A stretch of 64,000 bases of DNA from Alphaproteobacteria bacterium (GCA_045565415.1 JBJLFK010000033.1:5044-69043), one strand, 5' to 3'; positions 52,502 through 63,860 are shown, counted from the stretch's first letter. Numbers and translations are program-made. Notes: generated by a model not told the origin, from the sequence alone.

Positions 52502-53638
52502 TTATTTGTTACCTCTAAAATATTTATGCTCAACAAAAGGAAGTGAAGTTATTTCTGCTGGTATTAAATTACCTCTAACATTTAATAGGACTTCACAATC
52601 ATTTTTTAGAATATCTGAATTAATGTATCCCATAGCAATTGGTGCTTGGAGCGAAGGGGAATAACCTCCACTAGTGATTTCGCCTATTGTTTTTTCATTT
52701 TTATCAAAAATTTGTGTTCCTTCTCGGGCTGGAAGTTTACCCAAAGGCTTAATACCAACTAATTTCCTTTCGACTCCATTTTTTAAATCTTTTTTGATGT
52801 GCTCATAACCAATAAAACCACCATTTTCGATTCTTTCTTTTGAAATAGACCATGTCAAACCAGCTTCGATTGGTGATACAGAAGAAGATATATCATTTCC
52901 ATACAAACAAAGTCCTGCTTCCATTCTTAAAGAATTTCTAGCGCCCAAACCAGCTAGTTTAACACCATCAATTTGCAAAAGTTTACTTATAAATTTTTCT
53001 GAATATCTATCTTTTATTGATATTTCAAAACCATCTTCACCAGTATATCCACATCTAGAAATAAAAAATTTTTCGTTATCATAATTAAACCAATCAGCCG
53101 TCATAAAAGGCATATCATCAATTTCCTGAAAAAAAGTCTTCAAAATATTTGATGAGTTTGGCCCTTGCAAAGCTATTAAAGTTCTATCTTCAATTAATTC
53201 AATTTTATAGGTTTTATTTAGGTTGCTGTATAAATGATCAAGGTCTTTGTCTGTGCAATCTGCATTAACAACAAGCCAGACATGGTCTTCCTCAAAAGCT
53301 CGAGTGATCATTAAATCATCAATAATCTTACCTTCACTATTAAGAAATTGTGTATATTTAATTTGCCCAGGTGCAATCTTGGAAAAAGAAATAGGAAGTA
53401 TCTTTTCCATTGCATCATAAATCATTGGTCCTGATATTTTAATCTGTCCCATATGTGAAACATCAAAAATACTCACAGAATTTCTTGTATGATTATGCTC
53501 AGCAATAATACCATTTTCATATTGAATAGGTAAATAATAGCCAGCAAAAGGTACTAATTTTGCTCTATTATTATTGTGAATTTTATACAAAGGGGTAGTT
53601 TTAAGGTTTTGTTCTAAACCCCAATAAGCCTCAGACAT
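52502..53638 (-). CDS. gcvT: Aminomethyltransferase (glycine cleavage T protein)
   Basis: GcvT fold. The start is assigned to the second Met (MSEAYWGLEQNLKTTPLYK, aligning with E. coli MAQQTPLY) because the track's upstream extension (to 53686) overlaps the P1 helix of the second glycine aptamer. The start coordinate is uncertain by 1 nt because of an apparent frame inconsistency in my reading near 53638-53641. Confidence 0.8.
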   Translation of the reverse strand: MSEAYWGLEQNLKTTPLYKIHNNNRAKLVPFAGYYLPIQYENGIIAEHNHTRNSVSIFDVSHMGQIKISGPMIYDAMEKILPISFSKIAPGQIKYTQFLNSEGKIIDDLMITRAFEEDHVWLVVNADCTDKDLDHLYSNLNKTYKIELIEDRTLIALQGPNSSNILKTFFQEIDDMPFMTADWFNYDNEKFFISRCGYTGEDGFEISIKDRYSEKFISKLLQIDGVKLAGLGARNSLRMEAGLCLYGNDISSSVSPIEAGLTWSISKERIENGGFIGYEHIKKDLKNGVERKLVGIKPLGKLPAREGTQIFDKNEKTIGEITSGGYSPSLQAPIAMGYINSDILKNDCEVLLNVRGNLIPAEITSLPFVEHKYFRGNK

Positions 53639-53659
53639 ATATCCTCCATGACAGAATAG

Positions 53660-53840
53660 TTGTTTCCAACTGCCCTCCTCTGTCATTGGACCCTGAGAGA
53701 TTTGACAACCTTGGTTGCTTACCCCGTCGGAGAAGTATTAAACTTACTTTCCAGAGTTTTATGATATTTGCGGTCCTTTTGCCTGAGAGTTTCCGAGGGC
53801 GGTTGCTCCTTCGGCGCTATAAAAGTCTCTCCCGCAAATA
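53660..53840 (-). ncRNA. Tandem glycine riboswitch (two aptamers) in the gcvT leader
   Basis: Minus strand aptamer 1: uuugcGGGAGAG…GCGCCGAAGGAGCAAccgcc…CUCAGGCaaaaGGACcgcaaa. Minus strand aptamer 2: aaCUCUGGAAAG…CUCCGACGGGGUAAGCAacc…CUCUCAGGGuccaaugaCAGAGG. This is a GC-rich island, and the + strand ORF at 53686-53883 is spurious. Confidence 0.7.
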
Positions 53841-53899
53841 TCTAGAATCATCTGATTCTTTTTATATAATTAAACACATATAAGATTTTGTCAATTTGG

Positions 53900-54364
53900 T
53901 TATTCAAGCCCAATAAGAACTTTATATGACGAACCTGTTCTGCCTTCTTCAATCTTTGATCTGAGTCCCTCTATCGGAATTGAAAAGGAAGTTATTTTTT
54001 GATTCTTAAGTTTTAAAGGAATAATTTTTGACCACTTGTCTATAACTATATCATCTGGACCAATAAATGCTATAAAGAGGTTAATCCTTAAATTCTCTAT
54101 TGTTGCTGTATCACTATTGATTACATCACCAAAAATACCGACATCAAAATTAATATTCTTCCTTCTTAGGTTATATTCACAAATCATTATTGTTCTATTT
54201 AACTCAACTACTAAATCAGATCTATCTAATTCCTTTGTCTCACTTCCCTTTAATATGGCTGCTCTGGGGCATGGGCCAGGATCAAAATAAGCAGAGTCAG
54301 AGCAACTAACTAAAAAAATCAAAGTAAATATTATAAGATAATTTTTAAACATATTGTTTTCCAA
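53900..54364 (-). CDS. Predicted lipoprotein of unknown function
   Basis: 154 aa with a signal peptide and lipobox (IFLVSC, with Cys at about +21) and no recognisable enzymatic motif. It is divergent from ispH. Confidence 0.45.
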   Translation of the reverse strand: MENNMFKNYLIIFTLIFLVSCSDSAYFDPGPCPRAAILKGSETKELDRSDLVVELNRTIMICEYNLRRKNINFDVGIFGDVINSDTATIENLRINLFIAFIGPDDIVIDKWSKIIPLKLKNQKITSFSIPIEGLRSKIEEGRTGSSYKVLIGLE

Positions 54365-54434
54365 GAAAATATTAATTCTTAAATAAGTAAATAAATTTGT
54401 ATAATAAACATATATTAGTTAAATCAGACATAAA

Positions 54435-55385
54435 ATGAACTTAAAATTAAAAAAAATATTATATCTACCTTATCCGAGAGGATTTTGTGCTGGTGTTGAC
54501 CGAGCAATAAATATTGTTGAGTTATCACTAGAGAAATATGGACCACCAATTTTTGTAAGACATGAAATTGTTCACAATCCTTGGGTAATAAAAGATTTAG
54601 AATCTAAAGGTGTGATATTTATAGAAAACCTTAAAGATGCCCCTAAAGGCTCTAGGGTAATTTTTTCTGCACATGGAATTCCTAAAAATGTTTTGATTGA
54701 AGCTAAGGCTAAAAAAATGCCATTTATTGATGCAACATGTCCTTTGGTTATAAAAGTTCATAATGAAGCAAAGAGGCTTTATAAGGATGGAGCTCATATA
54801 TTTCTTATAGGTCATGAAGGTCACCCAGAGGTTATAGGGACCATGGGACAAATTCCGCTAGATGCCATTACTTTAATTCAAGATAAACAAGATGTTAAAG
54901 AATTAAAAAAGATTAACTACAAGAAGGTAGCTTTAATCACTCAAACCACCCTATCAGTCGATGATACCAAAGAAATTATAGAGGAGTTAAAATGTACCTT
55001 TCCAAATATAATTCAGCCTCCAAAAGAAGATATCTGTTATGCAACAACAAATCGGCAATTAGCAATAAAGTCTATTGCGAGTAAGTGTGATTTAATTTAT
55101 GTCATTGGCGCTAATAATTCATCAAATTCATTAAGATTGGTTGAAGTCGGAAAAAGATCTGGTTGTGATGAAACACATTTAATATCAGATATATCCGAAG
55201 TTAATTGGAATGAAGTCGAAAAAAAACAAAAAATAGGATTAACAGCTGGCGCAAGTGCACCAGATATACTAATTCAAGAGTTTATAAATGAATTGAATCA
55301 ACTATATAATGTTGAGATTAAAAAAATCTCAGTTGCTGATGAAAATATAACATTTAAAATACCCAGGGAACTTAATGAGTCATAA
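54435..55385 (+). CDS. ispH: 4-hydroxy-3-methylbut-2-enyl diphosphate reductase
   Basis: 316 aa LytB fold with three conserved Cys (GFCAGV, TCPLV, ICYAT) that ligate the Fe-S cluster. Confidence 0.9.
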   Translation: MNLKLKKILYLPYPRGFCAGVDRAINIVELSLEKYGPPIFVRHEIVHNPWVIKDLESKGVIFIENLKDAPKGSRVIFSAHGIPKNVLIEAKAKKMPFIDATCPLVIKVHNEAKRLYKDGAHIFLIGHEGHPEVIGTMGQIPLDAITLIQDKQDVKELKKINYKKVALITQTTLSVDDTKEIIEELKCTFPNIIQPPKEDICYATTNRQLAIKSIASKCDLIYVIGANNSSNSLRLVEVGKRSGCDETHLISDISEVNWNEVEKKQKIGLTAGASAPDILIQEFINELNQLYNVEIKKISVADENITFKIPRELNES

Positions 55386-56767
<1,382 letters not shown>

Positions 56768-56773
<6 letters not shown>

Positions 56774-57253
56774 TTGACTAAGAATAGTTTCAGCACTTGA
56801 AGCAGCAACTTCTCCTGGGTTTTCTTCAACATTAAGTTTTGTTAAAGAATTATCATCAATTATCATCGAATATCTTAATGATCTTTTACCTAGACCAAAA
56901 CCTGAGCCATCCATAGATAAACCAAGTGCTTCAGTAAGTTCGCCATTACCATCACCAACCATAAGCATTTTATTGCCTGTTCCCTTATCATTACCCCATG
57001 CAGCCATCACAAAAGGATCATTTACTGATAAACAAACTATTTGATCTACACCTTTACCTAGAATTTCATCAGAATTATCTATAAAACCGGGCAAATGATG
57101 CATTGAGCAACCTGGAGTAAATGCACCAGGAACTGCGAAAAGAACTGATCTCTTTCCTGAGAATAATTCACTTGTTGTTATTGGTGTTGGTCCTGCATCG
57201 GTCATATGATGGACAGTTGCTTCAGGAATTTTGTCTCCTTCTTGTATAGCCAT
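56768..57253 (-). CDS. Peroxiredoxin, Prx5 subfamily (glutaredoxin/thioredoxin-dependent)
   Basis: 161 aa with the peroxidatic Cys motif PGAFTPGCS. Confidence 0.8.
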
Positions 57254-57353
57254 AATTTTCTCCTAATAAATTAAAATTGATTTTATGCCTGCTTATGCAG
57301 GTTTCTTAGTATATATATTATGATATAAATTAGTCACTAGTTTTTGAAGAAAA

Positions 57354-57917
57354 ATGGATAAAAACATTACATTTGAAGGAAGCTTATTAATTGCTTCGAA
57401 ATCAATGCCTGATCCTAGGTTTTCTAAATCGGTAATATTATTAATTAATTTTTCATCCGACGGTGCAATGGGAATTGTATTAAATCGACCACATAAAATA
57501 AATTTAAAAGATGTCCTCAAAGATATGAATATAAGTCAAATAAGTTCAAATACTGATATTCCAATTTTTAATGGTGGTCCTGTTTCAATAGATAAAGGCT
57601 TTTTATTGCATAATTCAGAAATAATTTTGGAAGACAGCATTGAGATAAATGGCGCTAATTGTTTTCTAAATTCATCTAAGGATTCTTTATCTTCATTATG
57701 TATGGAAGAAATTAACTCTGGAGTAAATTTATATCTCGGATGTTGCGGCTGGTCTCCAGGACAACTAGAAAATGAACTTAAATCAAACGATTGGATAATC
57801 TCAAACGCTGGTAAAGATTTAATATTTGATGGCAATTATAACAGCATGTGGGAAAGAGCAATTGAAGAAATAGGGTTTAATATAAATAATCTTTCAAATG
57901 ACAGTGGTATAGCTTAA
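57354..57917 (+). CDS. YqgE/AlgH family protein (UPF0301)
   Basis: 187 aa; the N-terminus GSLLIASKSMPDPRFSKSVILL…GAMGIVLNRP is characteristic of this family. Confidence 0.7.
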   Translation: MDKNITFEGSLLIASKSMPDPRFSKSVILLINFSSDGAMGIVLNRPHKINLKDVLKDMNISQISSNTDIPIFNGGPVSIDKGFLLHNSEIILEDSIEINGANCFLNSSKDSLSSLCMEEINSGVNLYLGCCGWSPGQLENELKSNDWIISNAGKDLIFDGNYNSMWERAIEEIGFNINNLSNDSGIA

Positions 57918-59110
57918 GTTTTACTAGCAATATTTTCAACTTTCCTCCAAACACGAAGAATGTTTCCGCCCCAAATTTTTTCAATTTCTTTGGGTGAATA
58001 ACCTCTTTCTTTTAACTTGAGAGTTAATAATTTAGTTTCTGAGGCATCCATCCATCCGCTGATACCCCCTCCACCTCCAAAGTCAGAGGAAATACCTACA
58101 TAATCAATACCTATGAGATCAACAACATAATCTAAATGATCTATAAAATCATCAATGTCTGGCATTGGGAATTTTGCATTTATATTTTCTATTCCTTCAA
58201 GATATTCTTTTTTATTTGAGTGTAATGACGGGTTAAAACTTTTATCGCCATAAAGTTCTGCAACCTTGTTACCAAGACTGATAATAGAGCTGAATCTATC
58301 GTTGTTAACTTTAACATAATTTGCAAATGCTGTTATTTGAATAACACCACCGTTTTCCTTGAGTGCAAAAAGTAATTCGTTGGATATATTTCTAGGGTGA
58401 TCTGCAATTGACTTTACGCATGAATGAGAGGCAATGACTGGTGCTGATGATAATTTTATTGCTTCAAGTGAAGCTTTATCTGAAATATGACTAATATCAA
58501 TCATCATTCCTAACTTATTCATTCTTTTAATTGCTTTCTTTCCAAAAGCTGAAATGCCACCATGCAATTCCTCTTTATCATTTAATCTTTTACTTGGCAT
58601 TGAGCTGTCTGCTATCTGATTATGACCTATATGAGTTAATGTCATATATCGAGCTCCAAGAGAATAATAATGATCTAACAATGATAAATCTTCACCTATT
58701 ACATATCCATTTTCAATTCCAATTGCTGCTGATAAAAGGTTATTTTTTTTTAATTGAATAATATCTTCTGGCACCAAAGCAAGTCCAATTTGGTTGGGAT
58801 ATGTTTTAGTCATTTTTGAAATTGCTAAAAATTTTTTTTCAGCAAGAAGCTTTGCTTTTTTAAAGCCCGCTGTATCCAATGGTCCTTGGGGAACATAAAC
58901 AACAAAAAAACCAGAATCTAAACCACCCTTTTTCATTTTAGCTAAATCAACCTGCATATCAGTAATTTTGCCAGGATCATGTTGAGGGTTTTCCATATAA
59001 TCAAAAGGAATATCAATATGAGAGTCGATTGTAATAATTTGAGACAACAGAGGCGTGCTCAAGAAGCAAAATAAAAATAAGAATAATATGATATTTTTAT
59101 GTTTAGACAT
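57914..59110 (-). CDS. Membrane dipeptidase (peptidase family M19)
   Basis: 398 aa with a signal peptide and a renal-dipeptidase fold with metal ligands (…IDSHIDIP…, …ISHISD…). Confidence 0.8.
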   Translation of the reverse strand: MSKHKNIILFLFLFCFLSTPLLSQIITIDSHIDIPFDYMENPQHDPGKITDMQVDLAKMKKGGLDSGFFVVYVPQGPLDTAGFKKAKLLAEKKFLAISKMTKTYPNQIGLALVPEDIIQLKKNNLLSAAIGIENGYVIGEDLSLLDHYYSLGARYMTLTHIGHNQIADSSMPSKRLNDKEELHGGISAFGKKAIKRMNKLGMMIDISHISDKASLEAIKLSSAPVIASHSCVKSIADHPRNISNELLFALKENGGVIQITAFANYVKVNNDRFSSIISLGNKVAELYGDKSFNPSLHSNKKEYLEGIENINAKFPMPDIDDFIDHLDYVVDLIGIDYVGISSDFGGGGGISGWMDASETKLLTLKLKERGYSPKEIEKIWGGNILRVWRKVENIASKT

Positions 59111-60479
59111 TTGAGTGCTTTCTTATAAAACTTATTAAAGCTTCTGAATTATTCTCTAATTCAGTAAACTTCTCTTTTTTATTAATTATATTCTTTAGTC
59201 TATCAGGAATTTCTGGTTCAAAACCGATTGCGTCAATAACTGCTTGAGAAAACTTAGCAGGATGAGCTGTTCCTAAATTAACCATCGGCACATCAGCATT
59301 TATTATTTTTGCAGACGCATAAAATCCCACTGCAGTATGTGGATCAAGAATTATATTAGAAGCTTTATAAATCTTTGAAATCGTATCTTTCACTTTTTTT
59401 TCACTTGCTTTACCTGACTTAAAATCATTTTTAATATGGGTAAGGGTATCATTATCTATTCTAAAACCGTTGTTTTCTTTTAGTTCTAAAAATAAATTTC
59501 TTAATTTCTCTGAGTCCCTATTTAAAGATTCAAATAACAGCCTCTCAAAATTACTTGAAATTTGAATATCCATACTTGGAGAGGTGGTAGCTTTTACTTC
59601 TTCTTGAAAGTAATCGCCATTAGATATTGCTCGATCCAAAATATCGTTATCATTTGTTGCAACAATTAATTTATCAATAGGTAATCCCATTTTTTTTGCA
59701 ACCCATCCAGCCATAACATCTCCAAAATTTCCTGTTGGTACCGAAAATGAAACTCTATTTGATTGTAATTGCTGAAATGTTGAAAAATAGTAAACAATTT
59801 GGGCTGCTACGCGCGCCCAATTTATTGAATTAATTGCACCAAGACTCACCTCTTCTTTGAATTCAAGATTTTGGAATAGATGTTTCACAAGATTTTGACA
59901 ATCATCAAAAGTTCCGTCAATTTCAATTGGATAAATACTTGCGCTATCAACAGTTGTCATTTGTTTTCTTTGTATTTCAGATACTCTTCCTTTTGGAAAT
60001 AATATGAAAACAGTGCAATGTTTATTATTTTTAAAGGCTTCAATAGCGGCACTACCAGTATCTCCTGAAGTAGCGCCTAATATGGTTATTGATTTATTTT
60101 TCTTACTTAAAGAAGTTTCAAAAAATTGAGCTAACAAAAGCATGGCAAAATCTTTAAAAGCAAGGGTTGGTCCATGAAAAAGTTCTAATAAATAGTTTCC
60201 TTTTTCAACTTCTTTCAACCCTATTGCCTCTTTCGAAGGAAAATGACTATAAGCCTGACTAGCAATATCGTTTAACTCTTCATAACTTAAAAAGTCTTTA
60301 ACAAAAGGATAGATAACATATGCTGCCTGTTCAGAATATGATGTTGTAGGTAGTTCTTTGTAGTCTACCTTTGGCCATTCTTTTGGAATATAAAGACCTC
60401 CATCATTTGCAAGTCCAGACAAAAGAACATCTTCAAAACCTAACTCAGGAGCCTTTCCTCTTGTAGAAATATATTTCAT
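59103..60479 (-). CDS. thrC: Threonine synthase
   Basis: 458 aa with N-terminal MKYISTRG and PLP-lysine context (…TLAFKDFAM…), the long form of ThrC. Confidence 0.9.
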   Translation of the reverse strand: MKYISTRGKAPELGFEDVLLSGLANDGGLYIPKEWPKVDYKELPTTSYSEQAAYVIYPFVKDFLSYEELNDIASQAYSHFPSKEAIGLKEVEKGNYLLELFHGPTLAFKDFAMLLLAQFFETSLSKKNKSITILGATSGDTGSAAIEAFKNNKHCTVFILFPKGRVSEIQRKQMTTVDSASIYPIEIDGTFDDCQNLVKHLFQNLEFKEEVSLGAINSINWARVAAQIVYYFSTFQQLQSNRVSFSVPTGNFGDVMAGWVAKKMGLPIDKLIVATNDNDILDRAISNGDYFQEEVKATTSPSMDIQISSNFERLLFESLNRDSEKLRNLFLELKENNGFRIDNDTLTHIKNDFKSGKASEKKVKDTISKIYKASNIILDPHTAVGFYASAKIINADVPMVNLGTAHPAKFSQAVIDAIGFEPEIPDRLKNIINKKEKFTELENNSEALISFIRKHSNV

Positions 60480-60563
60480 AATATTTATTAATTTATTACT
60501 TTAAGTTATTCTTATAAGATTATTATCAGTTTTTGTTTTTTATGGGAAATATTCATTAAACTA

Positions 60564-61448
60564 ATGCAGTTAGAAAAATTTATAAAATCAGTAGAATATG
60601 GTGTCTGCGATCAATTAACGCCACTTGTAAGGAGAGTAATTGCTAACAATCCAGGTGGTTTTACTTTCACTGGAACAGGTACATATATCATAGGCAATAA
60701 AAATATAGCTGTAATAGATCCAGGGCCAATTGATGATGACCATTATAATGCATTAATGAAGGCGACATCAGGACAAGAAATTACTCATATACTTTTAACT
60801 CACAACCATAATGATCACTCACCTCTTGCGAAAAAATTAAAATCTGAAACTGGAGCAAAGATATATTATAAAAATTTAAGTAATGTTGAACTTGCTCAAG
60901 ATGATTTCGAGGAGGGTTATGATCGAAATATTGAAGGTGATATAGAATTAAAAGATGGCGATAAAATAGAGACTAATGAATGGTCAATTGAAGCTATACA
61001 TACCCCTGGTCACACATCAAACCATATTTGTTATGCCTTACTTGATGAAAATATTTTATTCTCTGGCGATCATGTAATGGGCTGGTCTACTACAGTTATT
61101 GTTCCCCCCGATGGTGATATGGATGATTATATTATTTCTTTAGAAAAATTGCTTTCTCGAAGAGAAGAGAAGTTTTTTCCAACTCACGGTCCAATTATTG
61201 ATGAACCTAAAAAGTTAGTCTCAGACTATATATCTCATAGACTAAACCGTGAAAAACAGATTATTGATGCTATAAAAAAAGGAAATAATAAGATATCAGA
61301 AATAGTAAAGATGATTTATAAAGATGTTGATAAATCGCTTCATCCCGCTGCAGCAATGTCTACCCTTGCTCATTTAAAAAGGATGGAAAATAATCAAGAA
61401 GTTACTGTGCAAGGAAGAGATTTAGAAGGTATTTATAATATAGCTTAA
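60564..61448 (+). CDS. MBL-fold metallo-hydrolase
   Basis: 294 aa with the metal-binding motif HNHNDHS, downstream His/Asp ligands and a C-terminal winged-helix-like region. Confidence 0.7.
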   Translation: MQLEKFIKSVEYGVCDQLTPLVRRVIANNPGGFTFTGTGTYIIGNKNIAVIDPGPIDDDHYNALMKATSGQEITHILLTHNHNDHSPLAKKLKSETGAKIYYKNLSNVELAQDDFEEGYDRNIEGDIELKDGDKIETNEWSIEAIHTPGHTSNHICYALLDENILFSGDHVMGWSTTVIVPPDGDMDDYIISLEKLLSRREEKFFPTHGPIIDEPKKLVSDYISHRLNREKQIIDAIKKGNNKISEIVKMIYKDVDKSLHPAAAMSTLAHLKRMENNQEVTVQGRDLEGIYNIA

Positions 61449-61455
61449 GTCTAAA

Positions 61456-63453
61456 TTAATTTAAATCTAACCATTGCATTTCCTCTTTGGTCAGTTGAAC
61501 TTTTAAAGAATTAACAGAGCTTTCAGTTTCTATAAAATTTCTAGGCCCAATCAGAGGAAACACTGGAAAATCTTGATTTAAAACATAAGCCAGAGCAATC
61601 TCTATTGGTTCAAATCCTTTTTCCTTAGCCATTGCAAAACATCTATCTCTTTTCATTAAATTTTCTTCACTATGCCATACTCTTTTTTGTTCATCTAAGT
61701 TTGGATCTGCAGGATGATAAGATTCTTTTTCTGAAGTATCTTTTAGAAAAAAACCTCTAGCTTGACTTGACCAAGGAAACAAAGGAATATTTTTTTTCTT
61801 TAAAAATTTCCTAAAATCTTCATCTGAAGAGCTTTCACACCCTGGCCAGACCGGCTCTATCATATGAGCTAAACTAAAATTATTACTCAATGCTCCAAAC
61901 GGAGTTTTATTACTCTTATCAGCATAATCAATAGCTTCCTGAAATCTCTTTAAAGACCAATTAGATGCGCCAAATATTTTTATCAATCCCTCATCCTTTA
62001 GTTCATTTAAGACATCAATAAACTCTTTAACAGGAATATCTTGATTATCTCTATGTAAGCAATAAATATCTATGCAGTCTATTTTCAATCGAGATAAACT
62101 CTTAAGAAGCTGATCGCGAATTATTTCAGGATAACAGTTAGGCGTGTGAGCGCCTTTACCTAGAACAATAACATCATTTTCTAGGTTTCTAGAATTTATC
62201 CATCTACCAAGATGCTCATCACTTTTTCCATCATTATAAATAAATGCAGTATCAAATACATTTCCTCCAATCGAGTAAAAGTGATCAAACATTGAAAAAG
62301 CATGATTTGTATCTATCTGATTATCACATCCGAAAACCAACTTCGAAACTTTACTATCTAAACCTTCAATTTTTGTTTTGGGAATTAAATTTTCTTTATT
62401 ATTAAATAAAGATTTATTAAAGGATGATAAGTTATTCTCAGGCTCATCAAAATCATATCTTACACCTGCAAGCCTTCTCCATTCATCTAGACATACAGCG
62501 TTACCATATGAGTCCTTATGAGATATTTTTATGCTTTCAATATTATTTTTTAGACATTCATCAAAATGATTGATCTCATTTATATAAATTTTACCCATAG
62601 CATCTATATTTATTTCAGAAATCTTTTTATTACCTTCTTTAAGAATTAAAGAGTTATTATCCTTCTTATATTCACCACAATGCCAAGGATCTCTGACTAA
62701 AAGAGTTCTTTTTCCATCTGTAACCTCAACAGAATTATCTAAATTTTCTTTTATTGATGAGGATAGATTAGCTAATGATCCATCTGAAAAAGTTAATTTC
62801 GCTTTAGATGATAAATCAATTCCATGTTCATTTATCTCAGATTGAACTTCATATTCTTCTGGATCCATAAATTCTTTACCGTTTATTAACCCAACTATCA
62901 TTCTTGCTATAGATAAAGGGTAGCAACCGATATCTAAAATAGATCCACCCCCAAGTTTCGGATTAAGTAATCGGTGGTCTTTTTTGACATTAGCTTCAAA
63001 CCCAAAGCTTGCTTTTATTTCAATTTTTTTTCCATCGAAATTCTCTTGAACTATTTCTCTAATTTTATCGGTTTGAGGATGCATCCGATACATAAAAGCT
63101 TCCATTAAAAGTAATTGCTTTTTCTTGGCAAGGTCAAATAACAACATTGCTTCTGAAGAATTCATTGTAAGAGGCTTTTCACAAAGAACAGATTTACCAC
63201 TCATTAATGCCTTATAAGAAAATTCAAAATGTGATGTATGAGGAGTAGAGATATATATAGAATTAATATCTTTATCATCTAAAAGCTTTTGATAATTATC
63301 AAAACCAATACAATTATAAGTTGAGGCAAATAAATCAGCAGAATCTTTTGATCGACTTCCAACGGCTAATAAAGTTGATCTGTCGGTCTCTTTAATAGCT
63401 GATGCAAATGTTTTAGCTATGTTACCAGTGCCTAGAATACCCCAGTTAGTCAT
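61456..63453 (-). CDS. Bifunctional fusion: N-terminal Gfo/Idh/MocA-family NAD(P)-dependent oxidoreductase plus C-terminal aldo/keto reductase
   Basis: 665 aa. Residues about 1-330 carry a Rossmann motif GILGTGNIA and EKP (Gfo/Idh/MocA). Residues about 340-665 form an AKR TIM barrel (…FDTAFIYNDGKSDEHLG…, IDIYCLHRD…). Confidence 0.75.
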   Translation of the reverse strand: MTNWGILGTGNIAKTFASAIKETDRSTLLAVGSRSKDSADLFASTYNCIGFDNYQKLLDDKDINSIYISTPHTSHFEFSYKALMSGKSVLCEKPLTMNSSEAMLLFDLAKKKQLLLMEAFMYRMHPQTDKIREIVQENFDGKKIEIKASFGFEANVKKDHRLLNPKLGGGSILDIGCYPLSIARMIVGLINGKEFMDPEEYEVQSEINEHGIDLSSKAKLTFSDGSLANLSSSIKENLDNSVEVTDGKRTLLVRDPWHCGEYKKDNNSLILKEGNKKISEINIDAMGKIYINEINHFDECLKNNIESIKISHKDSYGNAVCLDEWRRLAGVRYDFDEPENNLSSFNKSLFNNKENLIPKTKIEGLDSKVSKLVFGCDNQIDTNHAFSMFDHFYSIGGNVFDTAFIYNDGKSDEHLGRWINSRNLENDVIVLGKGAHTPNCYPEIIRDQLLKSLSRLKIDCIDIYCLHRDNQDIPVKEFIDVLNELKDEGLIKIFGASNWSLKRFQEAIDYADKSNKTPFGALSNNFSLAHMIEPVWPGCESSSDEDFRKFLKKKNIPLFPWSSQARGFFLKDTSEKESYHPADPNLDEQKRVWHSEENLMKRDRCFAMAKEKGFEPIEIALAYVLNQDFPVFPLIGPRNFIETESSVNSLKVQLTKEEMQWLDLN

Positions 63454-63464
63454 TCAAAAACTCT

Positions 63465-63860
63465 TTACGAAACGATTTTTATAATAAAACCAATTAATGA
63501 TCCAAGAACATAAATGTATATTGGTGGCATACTAAAATATAAACCAGGACCTCTTTTTTCAGCATCTTTATAATAATCTAATGCATACTTTATTCGTCCT
63601 ATTGGCCATACAATACCAATAATAAATGCCCAAATGGGATCAACTGCAAATGAAAATAGCCATAAACCAGGTAAAAACAATACTAAATGCTCAATAGTAT
63701 TATGATGAACCCTAACTTTTCTTACATATTCTTCAGGACCATCATGTGAGGGGGCCTTAATACCATATTTCGCTCTCGCTAATCCTGCTTGTAAAAGTGT
63801 AAAATAATAAACCAACAAAGCAACGCTACTTAAAAGACCTGGGTAAATAAAGTTTTCCAT
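63465..63860 (-). CDS. MAPEG-family membrane protein (microsomal GST-like)
   Basis: 131 aa with 3-4 transmembrane helices, a MAPEG-like charged loop (…RVHHNTIEH…) and a short conserved stretch …YALDYYK…; its size is typical of the family. Confidence 0.6.
   Translation of the reverse strand: MENFIYPGLLSSVALLVYYFTLLQAGLARAKYGIKAPSHDGPEEYVRKVRVHHNTIEHLVLFLPGLWLFSFAVDPIWAFIIGIVWPIGRIKYALDYYKDAEKRGPGLYFSMPPIYIYVLGSLIGFIIKIVS

Noticed and set aside
53630-53650. Apparent single-base frame inconsistency in gcvT (my reading gives catataatcc where the translated track implies catatatcc), which would make gcvT a frameshifted pseudogene
   Set aside because: The supplied ORF track, computed from the same sequence, is continuous through this point. 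A one-base misreading on my part is the most likely explanation, and calling a pseudogene on that basis would be unsafe
53686-53883. 65-aa + strand ORF
   Set aside because: It is antisense to the tandem glycine riboswitch leader of gcvT, is GC-rich for RNA-structural reasons, and has no protein-like composition
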